Source: Octopus vulgaris (lineage: Eukaryota). From it: a stretch of DNA of 64,000 bases. Positions 55,356 to 64,000 of the stretch are shown here, piece by piece; the first letter of the stretch is position 1, and each line of letters starts with the position of its first letter. Location of the stretch: NCBI GenBank assembly GCA_951406725.2, contig OX597833.1, positions 59,086,001 to 59,150,000 of the forward strand. The letters are read 5' to 3'. Both the position numbers and the translations under genes were made by a program. Below the pieces are notes generated by a model. It was given only the letters and a program-made list of their open reading frames with translations. It did not search any database and was not told where the DNA came from.

Positions 55356-56235
55356 TACGACGGGCTTCTTTCAGTTTCCTGTCTGCCAAATCTACTCACA
55401 AGGCTTTATTCGGCCCAAGGCTATAGCAGAAGACACTTGCCCAAGGTGCCACACAGTAGGACTGAACCCAGAAGCATGTGGTTGGTAAGCAAGCTACTTA
55501 CCACACAGCCACTCCTATGCCTATATAAACAAACACCCCCACACATCTACCCCAACACTCTACCTTCCACTCCATCTTCCTCAACAACAATTACTATAAC
55601 ACGACAATGAAGATCTGTAATTTGCCACCTTATTTGCTAGAAATAGCAGTCCAATCTCACTTAAGTTACATACTACAGTCTTAACCAAAGCAGGACACAT
55701 TGGGTAACAGCGTCCTGAATACCCTACGTCTGAAAAGATGAGACTACTTTAGTTGGAACACGTTTGGCTGTTGAGCTGAGAGCCCCTTCGGTCATGACTG
55801 ACCATGGGATTGCACCTAGAAAATTACCCTCCCGGGCACAAGTCCAGGCAAGGTTGTTTATGGAAGACCAGCAGTCGCCCATGCATACCGGCCTCCCCTC
55901 TCCATGCCACCAGTGTTATCCAAGGGAAAGGCAAAGGGGCCGATACAGCCTGGCACCAGTGACGTCGCAACTCATTTCTACAGCTGAGTGAACTGGAGCA
56001 ACGTGAAATAAAGTGCTTTGCTCAAGAACACAACACGCAGCAAGGTCCGGGATTCGAGCTCACAACCTCACGATCATAAGCTCGACGCTCTAACCACTGA
56101 GCCATGCGCCTTCACATTTGGCTGTGGTTCAGCTTATTTAGGTCATTCCTGGGGCTAAACAAGAGCAAGTGGTGATATTGGTAGTAACAGCAGTGGTGCT
56201 GCTGCTGCCGCCACCGCTGCTGCTGCTGCCGCCAC

Positions 56236-56266
<31 letters not shown>

Positions 56267-56968
56267 ATGTGAACACATTTCTCTTTTACTCTTTTACTCT
56301 TTTACTTGTTTCAGTCATTTTGACTGTGGCCATACTGGAGCACCACCTTTAGTCAAGCAAATTGACCCCGGGACTTATTCTTTGTATTGGTCTCTTTTGC
56401 CGAACCGCTAAGTGACGGGGATGTAAACACATCAGCATCGGTTGTCAAGCAATGCTAGAGGGACAAACACAGACACGCAACCATATAGACACACATACAT
56501 ATATATCTACATATATATGACGGGCTTCTTTCAGTTTCCGTCTACCAAATCAACTCACAAGGCTTTGGTCTGTCCGAGGCTATAGTAGAAGACACTTGCC
56601 CAAGATGCCACGCAGTGGGACTGAACCCAGAACCATGTGGTTGGTTAGCAAGCTACTTACCACACAGCCACACCTGCGCCTCTTTCTATAGAAGAGATTT
56701 TTACATTACATTGATCTCTGTTTACAACTGGTGTGACATATTCAGTGACCCCAGGAGGGCAAAGTTGATTCTGCTATGATCAGAACCTAACTTTTTCCTC
56801 CCAGATTTTCTGCAGTTAAAGTGCTTTGCTTTGTGCCTTCCCCCATTTGGTGTCAATGGTTGTCACCTCAATTTCTCTCAGTCTGGTTTCTGGAATATCA
56901 AACTCCTTCTTCAATTATGCTCCTCCTTTCTTGATGAATCTTCTGTTTTTGTCAGGTTTTAATATTTA

Positions 56969-57275
56969 CTAGCAGTATCGCTCGGCATTGCTCATGTTTT
57001 TTTGACCCTTTAGAATTGGAATTTTTGAAAAGTAAAAATTTTGCATTATGTAGCTTGTTATTCTCTTTAAGTGAACATTTTTCTGGTTGAAATACACCAA
57101 AAATTGGTGACACAGCAGTCAAAAAATCGTAAAAAATAGGGATTTTCATAGAAAAAGAGGACCTTTTTTATGTAAATAATTTTTGGTGTTAATATGGTCT
57201 GAGGAGGAGATAGTGTCAGTTGAAGGGTACCAAACCTGCCACAGACAGACAACTTCACCTTTATATATAGAGAGA
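56969..57275 (-). mobile_element. Non-autonomous Helitron-like element (same termini as 3408-4020)
   Basis: A|CTAGCAGTATCGC...AACTTCACCTTTATATATAGAGAGA|T on the plus strand; different interior. Confidence 0.72.
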
Positions 57276-57277
57276 TT

Positions 57278-57358
57278 AGCTTACAGTTGTTTCAGCTAGA
57301 AAATGAAAAGCACTCATAGCTGAGTGCTCGTGTATCACTTTATAGCTTCATCAGAGCT
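57278..57358 (-). ncRNA. Type I hammerhead ribozyme-like motif
   Basis: Minus strand AGCT-CTGATGA-AGCTA..(AGCACTCA gcta TGAGTGCT)..TAGCT-GAAA-CAACTG-TA-AGCT; GUA site. Confidence 0.7.
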
Positions 57359-57407
57359 TCAAAAGCGAAGTAGAGTTTTATTTGGGGAAACATTACCATT
57401 AAAAAAA

Positions 57408-57860
57408 AGTGAGCTGGCTGAAGTATTATCATACTGGACAAAATGCTTAATGGTATTTTATCCTTTAGAAGGCGGCGAGCTGGCAGAAACGTTAGCACGC
57501 CGGGCGAAATGCTTAGCGGTATTTCGTCTGCCGTTACGTTGTGAGTTCAAATTCCGCTGAGGTTGACTTTGCCTTTCATCCTTTCGGGGTCGATAAATTA
57601 AGTACCAGTTCCGCACTGGGGTCGATGTAATCGACTTAATACCTATGTCTGTCCTTGTTTGTCCCCTCTATGTTTAGCCCCTTGTGGGTAATAAAGAAAT
57701 AGGTATTTTGTCCTTTACGTTCAGAGTTCAAATGCCACTGAGCTCAACTTTTCCTTTCATCCTTTTGGGGTCAATGAAAAAGTACCAGTTGATTATTGGA
57801 GTCAATGTAATCGACTTACTCCCTCATTGAAATTGCTGGTCTTGTGCCATATTATGAAAC
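57408..57860 (+). mobile_element. Young SINE A (57469-57701) nested in an older SINE A'
   Basis: Flanking duplication GGTATTTT(A/G)TCCTTTA; the host SINE resumes after the insert. Confidence 0.85.
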
Positions 57861-57873
57861 CATGATTATTAAT

Positions 57874-57905
<32 letters not shown>

Positions 57906-57923
57906 TATTATTATTATTATTAC

Positions 57924-57959
<36 letters not shown>

Positions 57960-57963
<4 letters not shown>

Positions 57964-58653
57964 TCCTTCTTTCTTCAAATTTTCTTCCATTTCTCGCCGA
58001 GTGTTTTCCATACACCTAGGGCAGAGAAGCTCATTGTATGCATTCCCAGATTACATGCGCAAATTCACAGACAAAATATGTATTTAAAAATTAATAAATA
58101 AATAAATTCATGGATGGATGTTGTTTTCACGATAGTGCTCTTCTCAGTACATGAGTTGTTCCAGTTAACACGATTTTTTGCACTTCCTGTAGGGATGGTA
58201 AGCCTGGTATCATTTTCATATAGGTGGTGAGCTGACAGAAACATTAGCGCGCCGGACAAAATGCTTAGCGGTATTTCGTCTTGCGCTATGTTCTGAGTTC
58301 AAATTCCGCCGAGGTCGACTTTGCCTTTTATCCTTTCAGGATCGATAAATTAAGTACCAGTTACGCACTGGGGTCGATGTAATCGACTTAATACCTCTGT
58401 CTGCCTTGTTTGTCCCCTCTATGTTTAGCCCCTTGTGGGTAATAAAGAAATAGGTATCATTTTCAAATAGGTTTCAGTACCTTTTTTTTATCATTCCTAG
58501 AGATCCTACAATCACTGGTACTGTAGTTGCCTTGAGATGCCACATTTTTTTCAATTTCCATTAGCAAGTCTTTATATTTATTGATCTTGTCAAATTCTCT
58601 CGCTGCTATATTTTGATCACAAGGAATACTCATGTCAATTAATAAACACATCC

Positions 58654-58657
<4 letters not shown>
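57960..58657 (-). mobile_element. R4/Dong-like non-LTR fragment in (TAA)n, interrupted by SINE A (58220-58452)
   Basis: CLLIDMSIPCDQNI...KYKDLLMEIEK...TVPVIVGSLGMIKK and PSLQEVQKIVLTGTTHVLRRALS*; the 3' UTR abuts (TAA)n. Confidence 0.8.
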
Positions 58658-58684
<27 letters not shown>

Positions 58685-58685
<1 letters not shown>

Positions 58686-59115
58686 CTATGTTTGAGTTTT
58701 GCTTTATATTTGTACAAGTTGGCTCCAAGTCTCACCCAGAGACCTCAAGAGACAACAGGTTGGAAGTTCATGTTGTTGTTATGCCTAGTGTGCCATATAT
58801 TTTTTTTGGGGGGGGGAGTTTTTGGTATTGTACTAATGAATGTCTAAAAAAAAGAAAAAATTTTCTTTTTTTTTTTAAAAACCGAAATTTATGTTTGTTT
58901 TAAACCTTGAGATTACATAGAAAGTATTTTGCGTAGGATATGAGCAGTTCCCATGAGCACTATCTTTTGAATTTCTGCCATTTTTGGGTTTCCTGGTATC
59001 TGAGTTAGGTAGCTATCAACCCCTTTTGCTATCATTCCCAGGGCACCTATGACAACAGGTATTGTTTTAGTCTTCAGGTTCCACATTTTGCTGATTTCTA
59101 TTTCAAGATCTTTAT
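58685..59115 (-). mobile_element. Second R4/Dong-like non-LTR fragment in (TAA)n
   Basis: KDLEIEISKMWNLKTKTIPVVIGALGMIAKG...EIQKIVLMGTAHILRKILSM*; the 3' UTR ends at (TAA)n. Confidence 0.85.
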
Positions 59116-59183
59116 GATTTTTCGATTTTGATTTTTCCAGTTTCAGCTTATGAGCTGTGGCCATGCTGGGGCACCGCCATTAG

Positions 59184-59222
59184 AAAAATATGGAACGCTT
59201 CACGAATTTGCGTGTCATCCTT
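59184..59222 (-). pseudogene. U6: U6 snRNA 3'-terminal fragment
   Basis: Reverse complement AAGGATGACACGCAAATTCGTGAAGCGTTCCATATTTTT matches the conserved metazoan U6 3' end; the 5' part is absent. Confidence 0.93.
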
Positions 59223-59726
59223 TATTTATATTTATTTATATTATTATTATTATCATTATTATTATTATTTAGGCAGCGAACTTGCAGAATCGTTAGAATG
59301 GCGAGTGAAATGCTTAGCAGCATTTTGTTCATTTTTACATTCTGAGTTCAAATGCCATCAACATTGACTTTGCCTTTCATTCTTGCAGGGTTGATAAATT
59401 AAGTACCAGTTGAATACTAGGGTTGATGTAATCAACTAGTCCCCTCCACCAAATTTCAGGCCTTGTGCCTATAGTAGAAAGGATTGCTATTATTGTTATT
59501 ATTATTATTAAAGCTGTGAGCTGACAGAAACGTTAGCACACCAGGCAAAATGCTTAGCAGTATTTCACCTGTCGTTATGTTCTGAGTTCAAATTCTGCTG
59601 AGGTTGACTTTGCCTTTCATCCTTTCAAAGTCAATAAAATAAATACCAGTTGAGTACTGGGGTCAATGTAATCAACTAGTCCCCTCCCCACATATTTCAG
59701 GCCTGGTGCCGATAATAGAAAGGACG

Positions 59727-60222
<496 letters not shown>

Positions 60223-60454
60223 ATTCATATGGCAGTGAGCTGGCAGGATCATTACCATGTTGGATAAAATACTTACTTTCTGTTGAGGTTCACTTTGCCT
60301 TTCATCCTTTTTAGGGTTCATAAAATAAGTACCACTTAAGCACCTCAGGTCAATGTAATTGGCACCCCCTCCCCTCAAATTGCTGGCCTAGTGCCAAGAT
60401 TAGAAAAAAACATTACTATCATTATTCAGATAGCTATTACATACTAATTTAATT

Positions 60455-60975
60455 AGCAGGGATTCAAAAGGCTTCTCTCACTCAGATTGAAAGGCAGATT
60501 GTATGATACACGAACTGAAATGCTATACAATAGTGAAATGTGAGCCATGAATACAGAGAATAGAGAAGGTTGGAAAGAAGTGAAGCTAATATGCTCTGCC
60601 AAATGTTGCGCATCAGTGTGCATGTATGACAAAGTGCAAATGTGTTGAGCGAAAGACCAGGCATAAAAGGAATCAGATTTTGCGTGCAAGAGACTGTGTT
60701 GTATAGTCATGTGATGCAGAAGGATGAGAACTGTCACAGGAAGAAGTGGCACTCACTGGAAATGGATGGGATCTGTGGAATAGGGAGATGCAGGAAGGTC
60801 GACTTTGCCTTTCATCCTTTCGGGGTCGATAAATTAAGTACCAGTTACGCACTGGGGTCAATGTAATCGACTTAATACCTATGTCTGTCCTTGTTTGTCC
60901 CCTCTGTGTTTGGCCCCTTGTGGGTAATAAAGAAATAGATGTGGGACAAAGTTGTGAAAAAATAACCTCTGGATG
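60455..60975 (+). mobile_element. Decayed RTE-clade LINE ORF2 fragment interrupted by SINE A (60796-60937)
   Basis: LRLKGRLYD..MLY.SE, RLER.E..ML and YSHVMQKDE..KK..SLE.DG..G.GR.RK remnants. Confidence 0.65.
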
Positions 60976-61136
60976 AGCTCTCTCCTGTTCAACTAAAATG
61001 AAGTCCTAAAAAAATATCGTCATGTCTATGTCCCTGCTCTCAATCCATCCCTGTCAAGCCATCCCTATAATTCACCTTTCTAACACCCATGGTACTATCA
61101 CACTCCTGACTACAGCTCTATTTACTGTAGTAATTC

Positions 61137-61371
61137 TTATTTCTTTATTGCCCACAAGAGGCTAAACATAGAGGGGACAAACAAGAACAGACAAAGGGAT
61201 TAAGTTGATTACATCGACCTCAGTGCGTAACTGGTACTTAATTTATCGACCCTGAAAGGATGAAAGGCAAAGTTGACCTTGGCGGAATTTGAACTCAGAA
61301 CGTGACGGCAGACGAAATACCGCTAAGCATTTTGCCCGGCATACTAATGTTTCTGCCAGCTCACCGCCCTT
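61137..61371 (-). mobile_element. SINE family A
   Basis: Consensus match. Confidence 0.9.
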
Positions 61372-62002
61372 AAATTCTAACATCCTTCAGCTTCTTAGGT
61401 AGCAATTTGGGTATTGTGGCACGTGCTCCAATTACTATTGAAATAATCATCATGTTTGTCTTCCCACAATCTATTCATCCCTCTCACCAAATCCTAAAAT
61501 TTCTCAGAGTTCTCAATTCTTTCTTTTCCTCTCGACTTAAAATATACTTTTTGCAAAGTTTATGACATTCACAGTGTTTACTTTTGTTGTCTTTTTTTTT
61601 CCTGGCCTCTACAATCTTATCTGGTTTCCTCTCTTCAATTATATAGTCAGTCCTTGTAGAGAAATCTCATCATCATCATCATTAGTATTAAGGCAGCAAG
61701 CTGGCAGAATCGTTAGCATGCTGGGGAAAATGCTAAGCAGCACTTCATCCGTTTTTACGTTTTCTGAGTTCAAATTCCACCGGGGTCAACTTTGACTTTC
61801 ATCCTTTCAGGGTTGATAAATCAAGGACCAGTTGAGTACTGGGGTCGGTGTAATCAACCAGTCCCCTCCCCCTAAATTTTAGGCCTTGTGCTTATAATAG
61901 AAAGGATTATCATTATTATTACTATTCAGAAATTAAGGAATTTCTATTTCATTTTTAGATTTGGTTTGCAAGATTCTTCATATGAGTTCGTGTGTTGAAG
62001 CA

Positions 62003-62602
62003 TATTCTGTTGTGTCTGGGGAGAGTCATTTTCTTGTTGTGCCTTATAATTTAACACACTCACCGGTAAAATTTCCACTTATTTCTTATTTTTACTTTCC
62101 TAAAATTTTCGTTGCGTCTTGCAACTTTTTCAATAGTCTTGACTATTGAAAAGGTTGCAAGAGTCAAGACTATTGAAAAGGTTACAAGAGTCAAGACTAT
62201 TGAAATGGTTGCAAGAGTCAAGACTATTGAAAAGGTTACAAGAGTCTTGACTATTGAAAAGGTTACAAGAGTCAAGACTATTGAAAAGGTTGCAAGAGTC
62301 AAGACTATTGAAAAAGGTTGCAAGAGTCAAGACTATTGAAAAAGGTTGCAAGAGTCAAGACTATTGAAAAGGTTGCAAGAGTCAAGACTATTGAAAAGGT
62401 TACGAGAGTCAAGACTATTGAAAAGGTTGCAAGAGTCAAGACTATTGAAAAGGTTGCAAGAGTCAAGACTATTGAAAAGGTTGCAAGATGCAACGAAAAT
62501 TTTAGGAGAATAAAAATAAGAAATAAGTGGAAATTTTACCAGTGAGTGTGTTAAATTATAAGGCAGAAAAAGAAAATGACCCTCCCCAGACACAACAGAA
62601 TG
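62003..62602. mobile_element. Inverted pair of Penelope-like repeats around a 27-bp tandem array (~13 copies, 62141-62488)
   Basis: Arms 62003-62138 and 62467-62602; unit GACTATTGAAAAGGTTGCAAGAGTCAA. Confidence 0.8.
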
Positions 62603-63231
62603 AATTTCTAACATCATATCAATTAGAATTTTCTAATTTTAACGTAATATTAATAATTAAAAAAATATTATTATCCATGGCTTCGTGGTTAAGGAGATTG
62701 TTTCTCAACCACATGGTTTCAGAAGAAGGGTCTCCTACAATAAAGCCTTGTAAATGGATTTCATAGACAGAAACTGAAAGAAGCCTGTTGTATACATGTG
62801 TGTGTGTGTGTTTGTATGTTTGTGTCCCTTGTCTTGACATCACGTGATAGCCGTGAGTGTCAGAGTCATACAAAACAGTGTCATTGTGGTTTTGAAATCT
62901 GCTCGCCGGGTATTACTGGTATTTCATCGATCTTTACATTCTGAGTTCGAATCCCACCAGGGTTTGACTTTGCCTTTCATCCTTTTAGGATCGATGAAAT
63001 AAGTACCAGTCATGCACTAGGGTCAATGTAATCGACTAGCCCCCCCCCCTCTCAAAATTTCAGGTCTTGTGCTTATAGTCTTGTCTACTCTAGGCACAAA
63101 GCCCGAAATTTTGGGTGAGGGGGACCAGTCGATTAGATCGACCCTAATATGCAACTAGTGCTTAATTTATCGACCCCAAAAGGAAGAAAAGCAAAGTCGA
63201 CCTCAGCTGAATTTGAGGTCTTTCGCCCTGT

Positions 63232-63283
<52 letters not shown>

Positions 63284-63289
63284 CAACAA

Positions 63290-63441
63290 CATCGAAAAAT
63301 ACCTTAGGAATGAGAACCCAGGTTCAAAATTTCCCGAAGACACCTCATGAAGGCTGGAGGGTATATCAGCTGAAACATTGTGTTAACAACAAACAAGATG
63401 AGGACAAATATCCATCAAATATAAACAATGTAAATAATGTA
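63290..63441 (+). mobile_element. Penelope-like terminal repeat fragment with mutated hammerhead
   Basis: GACAC-CTCATGA-A-GGCTG..CAGCT-GAAA-CATT-GTGTT; homologous to 1066-1170. Confidence 0.55.
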
Positions 63442-64000
63442 CTGTAGCTATACTTCTTTATGGACATATAGTTGTAGAGTAATGTGAAGATATACAGTAG
63501 CAACACTTCCCTGTGGCTATATATCTGTGCAGAAATGTGAAGCTCTAATACACTGTTACACTTCTTTGTGGACATGTATCTCTACAAACATGTGAAGATA
63601 GAAAGATTTTATACACTGTGACTACATTTCCATATGGACATATATCGGTACAAAAATGTAAAGATACACTGTTGCTACACTTCCTTGTGGACTTATATTT
63701 GTGCAGAAATGTGAGGATATACTGTTGCTACGCTTCCTTGTGGACATTTATCTGTATAGAAATGTGAGAATACACTTTTACTACATTTCCTTGTAGACTT
63801 ATATTTGTACAGAAATATGAGAATACACTGTTGCTACACTTCCTTGTGGAGTTATATCTGTATAGAAATGTGAGGATACACTGTTGCTACACTTCCTTGT
63901 GGACATATATCTGTACAGAAATGTGAGGATACACTGTTGCTACACTTCCTTGTTGACATATATCTGTACAGAAATGTGAGGATACACTGTTGCTACACTT
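63440..64000. repeat. 53-bp minisatellite (~10 copies, runs off the window)
   Basis: CTGTTGCTACACTTCCTTGTGGACATATATCTGTACAGAAATGTGAGGATACA; starts at 63881, 63934 and 63987. Confidence 0.93.

Noticed and set aside
56805-56962. Possible channel exon reading (R)FSAVKVLCFVPSPF after a good acceptor
   Set aside because: Resemblance to RFSAT is short, the TFxV part is missing, the phase does not fit and the remainder is unlike domain I S1.
59184-59222. Functional U6 gene
   Set aside because: Only the last 39 nt are present; the ACAGAGA box and upstream promoter are missing.
62141-62488. CRISPR-like 27-bp direct repeats
   Set aside because: No spacers, no cas genes, and a eukaryotic context.

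Overview
Eukaryotic, AT-rich, extremely repeat-dense DNA. The microsatellite load and SINE families suggest an octopus genome (inference). Almost all ORFs in the supplied track are microsatellite artefacts. One host gene is supported on the + strand: two spliceable exons (34112-34167 and 40247-40580) encode an N-terminus resembling Nav2/DSC1 (NaCP60E)-type voltage-gated cation channels, and no further channel exon was recognised in the window. The rest is tRNA-derived SINEs (including a ~9-unit tandem array), fragments of RTE, R4/Dong and Penelope-like retroelements, a decayed mariner, two Helitron-like elements, foldback MITEs and minisatellites. The most notable signals are: about a dozen hammerhead-ribozyme-like motifs, including compensatory G3-C8 and U3-A8 core variants in inverted pairs; a U6 snRNA 3' end fused to a retroposon tail; a SINE that appears to insert at a GGTATT site it carries itself; and a (GATA)n-embedded retroelement end sharing that SINE's tail. 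All analysis was by eye, and repeat boundaries are approximate unless motifs are quoted.
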